The notes under the pieces are model-generated. The model worked only from the letters and a program-made list of their open reading frames with translations. It did not search any database and was not told the origin of the DNA. The translations under genes and the position numbers were made by a program. A DNA stretch of 61,596 bases, filler included. It is 3 parts of 3 records of this genome, joined end to end, with 100 filler letters (N's around TTAATTAATTAA, not from the genome) between each part and the next. Parts side by side here need not be neighbours in the genome. Positions count along the whole stretch, not along the records: positions 29,619 to 56,195 come from DRR378314_407; 2 more parts are not named here. One strand, 5' to 3'. Below are positions 42,501-52,900 of this stretch, piece by piece. The stretch's first letter is position 1; the number at the start of each line of letters is the position of its first letter.

Positions 42501-45260
42501 GGTCAGAAGGTCCATTTCCCAACTACCGATTTGCGATAATTGCGAGGTATCTTCGTGCAGTTTGGACAGTTTTACCTCTTCAGTTATATCAAAGATCATA
42601 GAGTTGAAAAGAAGGGTGCCATCGGCCAATTTATGGGGCGTACCAAAACCTTCATGCCAACGGATCTTGCCATTGGGCAGAACGTATCTCCACCGACTGT
42701 GCCATTGTGTAAGATTTTCTGCGGACTCCTGGATATTCTGCTTCAAGAGTTCAAAATCACCTCCTTTTTTTATTTGATCCCAAATAAGTTGTGAATGTTC
42801 CTCACATTTTTCCGGGGACAGATTCCATATTTCTTCCGATTTCTGGCTAACGGATACCAACTGGTCAGTTCCGTCCGGGTACATATAATATTGGAAGGTG
42901 ACACCGGGCAAATCATTGGAAATGGTCTGAAGGCGATGCTCCGTCTCCTTTAGGTAGGTAATGTCCTGAAAACTGCCAAATAGCCGAATGCACTTACCAT
43001 TTACCATATCGGCCTGCCCCTTGGCCCTGACCCATTTTTCATGGCCCTTGGCAGAGATCAATGCCGCCTCGTAATCAAAAGGGGCGCCCGTTTCCATTGC
43101 CAGGTTTACGGCATTTGTCACCCTTTCTCTGTGGTCCTCCCTATAAAAATTGATGGCATGTTCAAGTTCTGGAATATAGGTATCCGGATCGGTCTCATAG
43201 ATTTGGTGAACTCCTTCGGACCATGTTAACTTCCCATTGATCATATCAATTTCCCAACCCCCTATTCTTGCCAAACGGGTAGCATCGGATACGACCTCCT
43301 GCAATTTTTTGGATTCCGTTATATTCTTGGCTGTCGCATAAACAATGCCTTCATCCAGCACCACCTTGCAATGCCAACTTAACCAAACAAGATTACCGGT
43401 ATTGGTAATGTAACGGTTTTCAAGTTGGAAAGTGTCTTGCCCATCCCTTATTTTTTGAAGAAGTTTATCCGAGATTTCCCTATCCTCAGCATGAATAAAC
43501 TTTCCAAATTCAGCACCTACAATTTCGGATTCGGTATAACCCAATATGTCACATCCTGCCCTGTTTATTTTTAGGAAATTCCCCCGCAGATCAAATAGGC
43601 AGATAAGATCGGGCAAAGTTTCGAACAGATACATAAGGTCTACTTCCAAACGCTTACGGTTGATTTCCGACCCCAAATAATCCTCCAACTTGGACAGAAC
43701 AGGATAATAGGTTTTTATTTGTTTTTCATTTTGGAGGGTCCCGGCTACCAAAACGCCAACAATAGACTCTTGATGTTTTAACGGGATACCCAATACCGCC
43801 TTAATACCCGAATGTTTTGCGGCCTCCTTCCTGACAAACAAGTTGTTCTGACCAATATTGCCCCACAATACCGGTTTCTTGCCCTTCCATACCGTGCCTG
43901 AAAGTCCTTCGCCATAACCCATTTCCTTAATCTCTTTGGAATACTTATAGAAAGTCTCACCGGTGATATCCTTCCCGAACCTTGCAGACACGTATAAGCA
44001 GCTTTTGTCCAAACTTGGTAGCCAGACCTCGCAAAAAGAGAATTTCCCGTAAACCGCAACGAGTTTACAAATATGCTGAAGGATAACCCCAAGATCTTCC
44101 TTTTCTTTAAAAGCCGAACTTATGCTGGTCAAGAAATCCTTTTCAACCTGAGTATTTATCTTAGATGAAACATCTCTTTGGATTGCGATAAAATGAGAAA
44201 TATTTCCGGTATCGTCTTCAACTGGTGAAACCGAGAAGTTGACCCAAAATGGAACACCGTTTTTTTTGTAGTTTACTGTAGTTATTTCATACGATTCGTA
44301 ATTTTTTAGGGCCCTGCCCAACTTTTCCAATTCTTTTTTGTCCGATTCCGGCCCTTGGAGAAAACGTGGCGATCTGCCAATGACTTCCTTCGGGGCATAA
44401 CCCGTCATACGCGTGAAAGCTTGGTTGACATATGTGATACGAGGCCCTGGTTCGTGCAAAGGATTAGCTTCGGTGATCATCACTGCATCATTGGTATGTG
44501 TGACAACACTTTCCAATAATTTAAATTGTTGTTCTTCCAAACGATAATCCGTAATGTACTTAACGACCCCTTCAAAGAATTCGGGTTGTTCATTGGAATT
44601 TCTAATTAATTTTCCCTGTTCCTGTAACCATCTTGTACTTCCATCGGGAAGGAGGATACGATGCACAAAATCCAATTCTTTTTGTTCATGGAACAAAGCA
44701 CTCATGTTATCGTAGAAAAGTTCCCGGTCCCCTTTGGGCAGGTAACTAATAATGTTTTCTATGGTCAATGACAACTCATCCCTATTTCTTCCCCAAATAG
44801 AAAAGACCTCATCAGATATGCTCAGTGTCTCATTTTCAGGAATATATTTCCAATAACCCACATTGGATGTTTTGGAATTCTTCATACTCTGGCCAACTTT
44901 TTGGGAAAGGTCCATTTCATGTCGATGGCCCAAAGAACGGGCAGCCACCATAATGCAATTTCGTTGTTGAAAAACCAGCTTTTGGCAAAACAACTCTATA
45001 TTAATTGATGTCCCACTCTTAGTTTTTATCTTTACGCTATGAAACTGGTGGTATTGCTTTACTTCTTTATTTGAAATTAAGGATTGACGAATGTCCCGAT
45101 CCAAGACTACTTCATTAATAGTGAGGCCAAGAAATTCTTCCCTATCATATCCATATAGACCCAAGGCGGCCTCATTGGCCTCAATGATTTTACCGCTCTC
45201 CAAATCATAGACTAAATTGGAATATGGACTACATTGGAACAGGGTATGGTAATCTTTCAT
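39510..45260 (-). CDS. Giant multi-PAS/GAF histidine kinase with Cph1-like transmitter and cysteine-less LOV-like domain
   Basis: About ten PAS/PAC repeats, two GAF-like segments, GRSPRFLQ LOV-like motif, ASHDLQEPLRMI H-box, DNGIG, GTGMGL; no TM. Confidence 0.93.
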   Translation of the reverse strand: MKDYHTLFQCSPYSNLVYDLESGKIIEANEAALGLYGYDREEFLGLTINEVVLDRDIRQSLISNKEVKQYHQFHSVKIKTKSGTSINIELFCQKLVFQQRNCIMVAARSLGHRHEMDLSQKVGQSMKNSKTSNVGYWKYIPENETLSISDEVFSIWGRNRDELSLTIENIISYLPKGDRELFYDNMSALFHEQKELDFVHRILLPDGSTRWLQEQGKLIRNSNEQPEFFEGVVKYITDYRLEEQQFKLLESVVTHTNDAVMITEANPLHEPGPRITYVNQAFTRMTGYAPKEVIGRSPRFLQGPESDKKELEKLGRALKNYESYEITTVNYKKNGVPFWVNFSVSPVEDDTGNISHFIAIQRDVSSKINTQVEKDFLTSISSAFKEKEDLGVILQHICKLVAVYGKFSFCEVWLPSLDKSCLYVSARFGKDITGETFYKYSKEIKEMGYGEGLSGTVWKGKKPVLWGNIGQNNLFVRKEAAKHSGIKAVLGIPLKHQESIVGVLVAGTLQNEKQIKTYYPVLSKLEDYLGSEINRKRLEVDLMYLFETLPDLICLFDLRGNFLKINRAGCDILGYTESEIVGAEFGKFIHAEDREISDKLLQKIRDGQDTFQLENRYITNTGNLVWLSWHCKVVLDEGIVYATAKNITESKKLQEVVSDATRLARIGGWEIDMINGKLTWSEGVHQIYETDPDTYIPELEHAINFYREDHRERVTNAVNLAMETGAPFDYEAALISAKGHEKWVRAKGQADMVNGKCIRLFGSFQDITYLKETEHRLQTISNDLPGVTFQYYMYPDGTDQLVSVSQKSEEIWNLSPEKCEEHSQLIWDQIKKGGDFELLKQNIQESAENLTQWHSRWRYVLPNGKIRWHEGFGTPHKLADGTLLFNSMIFDITEEVKLSKLHEDTSQLSQIGSWEMDLLTEADTDAMYWSPIVRNIIGVDEDYDASLSGGLEFYTPESRPIVEKAIAELIENGTEYDKEVLLTTRSGKQKWVRIIGKSEGVDGICSKIFGSIQDIHSMKSTQLQLQEILGSISDAFYAVDKDWNFTFFNKEAENLLGKQSGEVLGKNLWELFIPTLGTELETVYKRVAKKGKAESFEYLYPGNGSWYEINTYPSNGGVSVYFKNIDERKKAEAALERAYQEKNGILESIGDAFFAMKEDFTVTYWNKTAERLLRVKREDLIGKNLWEVFPDAVDLPSYANYNKVLKTGEPISFEDYYGIWLEVNAYPSEEGISVFFRDITQKKKDSEKILYKTKQLGIIAEMNTELLNYDDWFKVIGKTFAKVGECVKVDRIYYFQNSVNERTGEPETSQRLEWSSDGLPSQINNPNLQNVPFSAVEDFMQPLSQNRPFKAIVNEMQDSGTKRLLLEQDIKSILVFPIWVNKKFWGFVGFDDCQNERDWSQDDISFLKTITSNLSSAIETSEALKELERSYSEKNQILESIGDAFFALEKDWTVTYWNKQAEFVLGKKKKDIVGKKLWDEYADAVELEFYTQYHKAMKTGKMVTFEEFYPVLGKWFEVSAYPSREGLSVYFKDITMRKETDIRILQANERFEKVAQATTDAIWDWDIVNKVFYRSNGFEKLYGPNIKKRLDESEMWEDSSHPSDLPKIEASVKESLQDPSCEFWENEYRIVHESGEIKTVIDKGSIIRDSSREAIRMVGAITDITQRITHEKELKELNIALQKNIKDLEITNDQLEQFAFIASHDLQEPLRMITSFLNQLQRKYSGQLDEKADQYIHFATDGAKRMKQIILDLLEYSRAGRLDGKPETINLDKLIEEYEVLRGRLIKEKSVMIEKGNFPEVTCFKAPLAQTFHCLLDNAIKYSKEGVPPLIKITVSDRKDHWQVKIRDNGIGIDPDFYDKVFIIFQRLHNRDTYGGTGMGLSISKKNVESWGGKIWLESEPDKGSVFYFTINKTKL

Positions 45261-45907
45261 ATATTACTAACTGGATTAGAGCAGTATTTATTATGGACTA
45301 ATACTTAAATATACGAAAGATTTTAAAGTTTAAAATTCTTACAAGGCCTATAAGTATTAACACTATAATTTTATAAACCATATGCCTTCCCAATAAAACA
45401 AGGAATATTGCAGGTTCTTAAAGTGCCTAAGAAGGTAGGTCCTCTATTTGATAAATTCCCCTTTTACACTTATTATCCTTACAATTTCAGTATTGTGCAA
45501 AGCACTCCATGGAAAACATATCTTTTTTCATTCCTTAAATTTATATTTGATTTTTATTAGATACAATTTCTTCTTGCTTCACCCCGTTGGCTCAGAGCAA
45601 ATAAAAATTCATGAAACAACCAACTTATATATTAAGATTATATAGCTCCCCTTAAAAGGGAAAACCGAACCATGTGTAATCAAGATAGTCTAAATGTTTG
45701 CCTTTTGGAACATTTTTTCTGGATATCCTGTAAGGAGTTCGGCAATTAAAGGTTATATGGAGCAGTGTTGTCAACTTTAATATCTTTTACCTTGTTCATT
45801 GTCTCATCCAACTACTTTGGCTCCAGCACAAGATAATGGTACAATCTTGAGATTTGCCATTCAGTATATAAATAAGTCTAGGCATTTTCTCAAGGCATGG
45901 CCAAATC

Positions 45908-46840
45908 CTACTTCATCCATATTGGCGTTGTGTTGGATTCATGATTTCCGCCAATAATTTCCTTGTACAGTTCCGGTCTTCTGGCGTTTTTGTATCTCCA
46001 ACCTCCCGAGAGCTGAATTTTTTCTTTTATGATTTTTGAAATTGTAATATCATCATTAAATGATTTTATTTCGGATAATATTTCGCCATAAGGGTCGATG
46101 ATCATCGAATTCCCATTTTTCAGATGTTCGCCATCATAGCCAATTGGGTTCGTAAAGGCATAATAAACTCCATTGTCGTATGCCCTTGCAGGTAGCCAGC
46201 GCATTAACCAATGCCTACCTTTTGGTCCATCGAATTCCATACGTAATGATACCGGGTCATTTTCACGATTCTGCCAATACTTGTCCGCAACATAATCCTT
46301 ATGTGGCATTGCAGATGGTGTACAGCCAGTAACATGCGGTGCGAAAATAAGTTCCGCCCCCAATAGACTGGTTGCCCTTACGTTTTCGATTACGTTATTG
46401 TCATAACAAATTAAAATGCCACATTTCCAGCCAAGTAGGTCGAATACGCAATACTCGTTTCCTGCGGATAAATATGGATTTATAAATGGATGTAATTTTC
46501 GATACCTTGCAACTAGTCCGTCACCTGTAACACAGATATATGTATTATATAATTTTCCTTCCGATTTTTCCACTAGACCTGCCAAAATAGGAATATCCAA
46601 TTCTTTGGAAATTCTGATTAATTCCTGGGTACTTTTCCCATTTGGCACATCCTCCCCTAACTCATTGATCTGCTCTATGCTTAGATTCTTGGTAAAGGTG
46701 TAAGCGGTAATGCACATTTCATGAAAACTGATTAGTTCCGCTCCATTGGATTTGGCTTTTTTGGCAAGCTTTCGGATAATCGACAAATTATATTCTTTAT
46801 CGCCGTCTTTGGGTTGAAATTGTGCTACGGATACGTTCAT
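45908..46840 (-). CDS. Nitrilase/carbon-nitrogen hydrolase family protein
   Basis: E (FHEM), K (YRKLH), C (LICYD) catalytic triad; RAYDNG; SMIIDPYG. Confidence 0.93.
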   Translation of the reverse strand: MNVSVAQFQPKDGDKEYNLSIIRKLAKKAKSNGAELISFHEMCITAYTFTKNLSIEQINELGEDVPNGKSTQELIRISKELDIPILAGLVEKSEGKLYNTYICVTGDGLVARYRKLHPFINPYLSAGNEYCVFDLLGWKCGILICYDNNVIENVRATSLLGAELIFAPHVTGCTPSAMPHKDYVADKYWQNRENDPVSLRMEFDGPKGRHWLMRWLPARAYDNGVYYAFTNPIGYDGEHLKNGNSMIIDPYGEILSEIKSFNDDITISKIIKEKIQLSGGWRYKNARRPELYKEIIGGNHESNTTPIWMK

Positions 46841-46916
46841 TTTCGGTTAATTGTTGAATTTTTAGGGATGGTGCAAAACATCCGGTGGTAATACCTTAGA
46901 TTGCACTTTAAATATA

Positions 46917-48281
46917 TCAGTTTTTAAGGAATTTTTGTAATCCGTAAAAATCGATGGCGTTGGTCCTAAGGATCTTCTTTGCTATTTCTACGGCTTCCAA
47001 TTCTCTTAAATACCCGCTTTTAACCATCGGGACTAATGCGTTTTCAACCGTTTCCCTGGCAATTACTGAAGCGGCATATACTCCTTCTGGGGTATGGCAG
47101 TCCCCTCCAAAAGCAACTATCTTGTTAACTGGAACCGTTTCAATATACTCCTGAAGATATCGGATGGTGTACGATGGGGAAATTAAGGAGGCCCAAGTCA
47201 TATCGATAAATATATTCGGGAATTTTTTAGCCAAAGCCGCGAGTTCTCCTCCATATGGATAAGCGGCGTGCAGCAAGGCAAAGCGCGCCCGGGGAAATTT
47301 TAAAAAGGCTTCTGTTAAACCAGTAGGATTCGTGTACGTAATGTAATTTTGGTTAAAAGTTTGCATTCCTGTATGAATCTGTACAGGAAGTTCATATTTT
47401 TCACAAAGAGAGAAAACATAAAACAATAGATAATCCTGTAAAGGTTTGACTTCCTGAAATGGGAATTTCTCAGACTTATTTTTGCGAAGCTTTTGAAAAA
47501 TCTCCATTGCCTTCCCACGCGGTACATTATCACATTGTAAGGTTCGTTTATAGGCCATCATGATTTTTAAGCCGATCACACCGTTAACAAATATTTGTTT
47601 ACGCAAAATTTCTTCAATAGCCTTTTCATATTCAGCCAAGGTACTTGGCGATGATCCGTTGAAACTTTCACAAATAGCGACAACTTCACTAAAACTATCT
47701 AAAAGATAAATTCCATCATTCCAATACAGACTTTTAAAAAATCGATTATCTTGTTTGGAAGGATCATCATTAAATCCTATTAAGAGACTTAAGTCGATTT
47801 TGGCTTTTGTTTTTAACACGAATTCATAGAAATCCTCCCTATTTCTTAGCTGTTCGACTCGTTCTGACAGCTCCATATATGTGTTCTTATTCAATTCCGG
47901 AATGTCAAATAAACCTCTAGCCGCTATGTTAACCATTCTACCATAGCCCGTAGTTTTTATCTCGTCCCAATGATCCTCGATCAATTCCCACTTTTCAGTA
48001 GGATTTAGGTTGGGATCTCTCATTTTACGTTCTATTTCCGCAGCGGTTATTTCTGCCCCTGAAGATACAAGATCCGAAAATTGATAATTATTAAAAAGAC
48101 AACCGAAGTCCCCCTTTAAGGCATTTGACTGTCTTTCATTTAACAAATGTTCGTGAGTATCAATAGCAACATGTATCCGTTTCTCAAAATCCGGTTCTGG
48201 AGAGGAGTACATGCGCACTTGACACCACATCATATTTGATACTAGATAACAACCCATACAATGAACTAACAATTTACGCAT
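46917..48281 (-). CDS. Amidohydrolase-2 family metallohydrolase
   Basis: IDTHEH, VQIHTG, LLHAAYPY, FGGD metal-binding motifs. Confidence 0.88.
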   Translation of the reverse strand: MRKLLVHCMGCYLVSNMMWCQVRMYSSPEPDFEKRIHVAIDTHEHLLNERQSNALKGDFGCLFNNYQFSDLVSSGAEITAAEIERKMRDPNLNPTEKWELIEDHWDEIKTTGYGRMVNIAARGLFDIPELNKNTYMELSERVEQLRNREDFYEFVLKTKAKIDLSLLIGFNDDPSKQDNRFFKSLYWNDGIYLLDSFSEVVAICESFNGSSPSTLAEYEKAIEEILRKQIFVNGVIGLKIMMAYKRTLQCDNVPRGKAMEIFQKLRKNKSEKFPFQEVKPLQDYLLFYVFSLCEKYELPVQIHTGMQTFNQNYITYTNPTGLTEAFLKFPRARFALLHAAYPYGGELAALAKKFPNIFIDMTWASLISPSYTIRYLQEYIETVPVNKIVAFGGDCHTPEGVYAASVIARETVENALVPMVKSGYLRELEAVEIAKKILRTNAIDFYGLQKFLKN

Positions 48282-48397
48282 AATCCGTTACCCTTAATTA
48301 TTTAATAAAACCTATAATCTTCTGTTAAAATACATAGATACCCCTTTTTAATCTAAAGTGTTAGTCAATTATGGGATATATTTATTAATTAGATGTC

Positions 48398-48616
48398 TTA
48401 TTGTAGTTCTAATGTAATGAATCTTTTTAAAGGCCAAGTGTTTGCTAACATGGGATTCCCAAATGGTTGCACACTCCAGTTATTCCAATAATTTTTGTGC
48501 CTGCTGATAGATTTTTTATAATAACCATTTATAATTTGAATTTCATTGGCATTATTGATTTCTACACTTAATCCATTTTGAATTGGCGACTTGATAAAGT
48601 CCAGTAAGGACTTCAA
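48398..48616 (-). pseudogene. Probable gene fragment
   Basis: Short ORF with non-ATG start in a decaying neighbourhood; no motif recognised. Confidence 0.25.
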
Positions 48617-48674
48617 GATTAGTTCCTGAATATTTTACGGGACAGGCTGTAACAGTTACACAGACTCTAGTTTA

Positions 48675-49481
48675 TTAGCGCCTGGCCATTTCACCTCTAG
48701 TTTCAGAAAGATTCATTGTCATTGATATAGTCTCTATTTCTACCCAACTAGCATATTCTTTTGCCTCATTTAATCTCTGAGAATCATCAATATATTCTTC
48801 TTTGGATATTTGCTTTAATCCAGCTACTTTACTCCAAATACCTACCTTTGACTTGAAATCCGCTCTATCCCTGGTATAGTGTTCATCAGAATTTAATGTT
48901 TGTATGTTTTCAAGTCCAATTTCCTGAAATAGAGAAGGCAAAGAATCGGCGATTTCATTATTCATGCCCGCATTCTCCCTCCATTTAAGAAATGCTTCAT
49001 AGAATTCAATCATGCTTTGTGGTGGATCTGGATTCCATTGAATTTTTTTGTGATCATAATCCAATATTGATATAACGCCATTGGGATTAAGTAATGATTT
49101 CATTTTTAGCAAAGCTTCTTTCGGATTGGATAACCATTGAAGCATTCTAGCAGAAATAATTAAATTAAACTTTTGATCGGGATTAAAATCAAATATGTCT
49201 GTTGAGATCAGCTCTAAGTTCTGTACATGTCCATAATTGGCTATTCCATTTTCTATGAAGTTTTCGTAATCATCGCAATTGGCAATTAACTTACCATCTT
49301 TCACTTGAAAGGTATTCAAGTAATTTTCTCTATTCTTTTGAACGGTAAACTTCGGGGACCAACCATCCATATCTTTACCTTTAAAAATTGGCGCCCAAAC
49401 ACTGTCCTTTTTCACTACACATGAACATGCCATAATAATTACGGTCATTATTGCAAAATAAAAATAACTTTTGGATTTTAT
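48675..49481 (-). pseudogene. Chimeric ORF: DUF1080-like N-terminus fused to the C-terminal part of a class I SAM methyltransferase
   Basis: W.PIF.GKD.DGW.PKF...ENYLNTF.V.DG (DUF1080-type start) joined near YENF/IENG to KFNLIISARMLQWLSNP..ALLKMKSLL.PNG; SAM motif I absent. Confidence 0.7.
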
Positions 49482-49950
49482 ATTTTTATGTATTATTTCT
49501 ATATCACAAGTATATCCAAGATAAGAAATAATTAAAAACCGCAATTTGTTGATTAATTCAGTGTCTCCCTATTTAAACTTATACCATAACACCCTTAATA
49601 CAGTCATAAGCTGATAAATTCTCTGCTTAATTATTCTCAAACGAGTCAACCTGGTGAACTGTATTCTAAAAAGTTGAATAATTAGTATCCATTCTATTTG
49701 AACAAAATATTTAGTAGTCTAAAACCTACGAATAGTAGGAATTACCACAAACAATTGCTTGTTCACAACAAAATTTATTTTTTATAGCTAAATTCTTACA
49801 ATTTTGGATCATTAATTAGTAACAATCCAAAATGTAAAGGATTTGCCTTTTCTCCAATAATCGAATTGTTTAAGACTTGCGATGATTATTACATCAGGTT
49901 TTATAGCATGCTTGGATTAGGGTTAAAGCCTTTTAGTAATAAAAAAGCAA

Positions 49951-52900
49951 ATGAAGAAAATAGTATTTATCATCCTAGGTTTATTTTCGTTAATGACCAG
50001 TGGGCAAACTTTAACCATGAGTGATATTGGTGAAACAGGTACTTCTGGCACTAACTGGACTACAACAGGTACTAATCCAGTTACGATTTCCGCGACGGGT
50101 AATGCCAGTATTAATACTTCTGTTATTGAAGGGTATTTGAATACAGGTGTGAGTGTTTTGGTGCGTTCCACTAATGGTATGATTACTCAGGCAGGGGACA
50201 TTGAAAAAACCGCTGGGGCCGATGCAACGCTTACGATTCGGTCAGAGGGATCTGGTAGAATAAATAATACAGCTAATTATGTTTCTACCTCAGGCAAATT
50301 AAATCTTGTTTTTTGGTCAGATTATAATAATACAAATGGGGGAGGAAGTACTTTTGGCTCTACCGTTTCAAGTATAGATACCAATGGAGGTCACTTTTGG
50401 GCAGGAGGTAGCTCATCGCCTGCGGGGACGGCTACTTGGAATGGTTTAACCGTTGGTAATGGACCAAGTGTAGATGCATCAAGCTCAAACCAAAATGCTC
50501 TTGATTTTCATTCTGTGGATTTAAATACTGGAGGTGGTGATGCATTGTTTTGGGCCGGTAATGGCACGGGCAGTGGTTTGGCGGGTATCGAAACTCACAC
50601 TTCCTCAACAATCAGTACCGGTAGCGGTGATATTATCCTAATCTCGGATGATTTTGATGCTGTAGGGGCACTTACACTGAATACTACGGGGCAATTGGTT
50701 CTGGCACCAAATGGCGGGAGTTATTCAGGAACTATTACTTGGCAACATGGTGGGGGTACCAACCTTAATATGCTCGGTACTTTTGATGACATCACCATCA
50801 ATAATATTGCCAGTGTTTCTGGGTTAAGTTTAGGTTTTTACGATGGTATGAACGGGGTAAACATCAAGAATAGCTCTCCTGTAACCGTCAATAGTACCGT
50901 AGAAATAACAGGTCCGATTACTATTTACGGTAACGGTATTTATTTAGTTGGAAATTTACAATCAACAGGACCCAATACAGATATAGTTGTAATTAGTCAT
51001 GGAGCCGGTACTGGAAACGATAATGGCTTTATCGTGCTAGAGGATACTACTAATTTGACAACAAATGGGGGCGATATTATTCTTTGGTCCAATGCTGCTA
51101 ATAGAACAAGTGGTACTGCCAATAATGAAATTGTCTTGCGTAACACCAATACGTTCAGCACATCAGGGGGCCGAATTGTTTTAGCGGGCGGCTTAGATGA
51201 TGGAGGCAATGGGGGTACAGCAGGTGATGGAATACCTGATGGTTATGCTTATCGAGGCGGTAATGCTGGAAGTGCAATTGATATTGGGTCTAACGTGAAT
51301 TTGCTCTCAGATGGTGGGGACATTATTATTCGAGGCCAAGCAGATCCCAATCTTGGTGGGGCAGTTGTTAATCGTGGCTTTGGTGTAGGTGCAGGTACTG
51401 CCCTAGTTGTCAATAGCGGCACAGGTACCATTGTTGTTGATGGCAAAAATGCGTCCGATCATGCACTTCATTTAAGTTATGGGAACTTTGCAATGACCTC
51501 TGCCAGTACGGCCACCCCTGCCATTTCTATAAAAGGAGAAACAACAGATAATTCTTCCGGAATTCTTGTAAATTTTGAAGCAGGTTCTGGCGCAACGTTA
51601 ATTCAAAGTACGGCCTTAACTGGAGGAGGTATTACATTTGAGGGAAAATCTACGGGCAACGCTAATAATGCTATTTATTTAGGCAATGGCGATCCCACTA
51701 GTACCTTGCAAATACTTAGTAATGTTGGTGATATTGATTTTATAGCAAATGGAATTGTAAAACTAACAAATCAGGCTGTTTTTGTGGGTAATCGTACAGA
51801 TGCTACCCCAATACAAGGCATTACTCCAGCGGTTACTGCTTCAGCAAGTAATATTCTAATGCGAGTTAATGGAGTGGAAGAGAGTAATTCCTGGAGATTT
51901 CATTATGATACTACAGGTAGTTTTACCTATGAACCTTTTGATACGGCTTTTAACTCTGCACAAGTAGGTGGGCAAATGGATTTCTCAGGCACACTTTCAG
52001 CAGATACCTTCACAGGTACTGGCGATGCCTTCTGGTTACGTATTTTTAATGTTAGTAGTTTAACAGGTTTAACCTTTGGTAAAGAAGGAATGACCTCTAG
52101 CGTTGCAACATATACCGAATGGCCAATTAATGGTCCCATTGCAATGTATGGGAACAATATTTCGATAGAGGGCAACCTCACGTCTACCGATGGTGATATT
52201 TTACTGAAAGCCTCAGGAAATATCGTTCAAGCGGCGGGTAAATCCATTACAACTAGTGGGGCGGATATCACCCTGTGGTCGAACAGTGATGATGAGACTA
52301 CTAACGGTGGCTATATCTATCTTCAGGATAATACCTCATTGGATACAAGAACTTCATCTGATAGAACTGCAAATAACGGAACAGCAAACGACACATCTGG
52401 CGGAGCCATTACATTAGGTGGAGGAAGCGGAACCACCGTACCTACAGGATATGCCTTAAATGTGGCTAATTCCTTTAGAGGGGGTATAAACCTTGGGACG
52501 GAGAGCGGAATCGGTGCTAGACACAATAGTAATATTACTATTATTTCAGGTGGAGGAAATATTTCGCTCAAAGGCAGACAAACGTCTGTATTTAACGGCG
52601 ATGCGGCAGGTATAAATGCTTATGAAGGTTTTCTCCTTGATGCAGGCCAAACAGGAAATATAGCTATGGAAGGTAATGTTAGCGGTTCTAATGCATCATA
52701 TTCAGATGGTATGAATCTTGGAAATTATGCAACAACTGCAGGAGGAACGGCTTCATATATAAGAACAGTGGATGGAGATATCACGTTAACCGGAAGTGCC
52801 TCGGATGCAACAACCCATAGTAGAGGTTTAACCTTAGCCGGAGGGGGCGCAGGATTGTTTATCCAAAGTACCGGTACAGGTAATATTAATCTTTTAGGTA

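Noticed and set aside
39510-45260. Phytochrome call for the giant kinase
   Set aside because: The transmitter and Rcp1 partner are Cph1-like, but no PAS-GAF-PHY core or DIP bilin-pocket motif is visible
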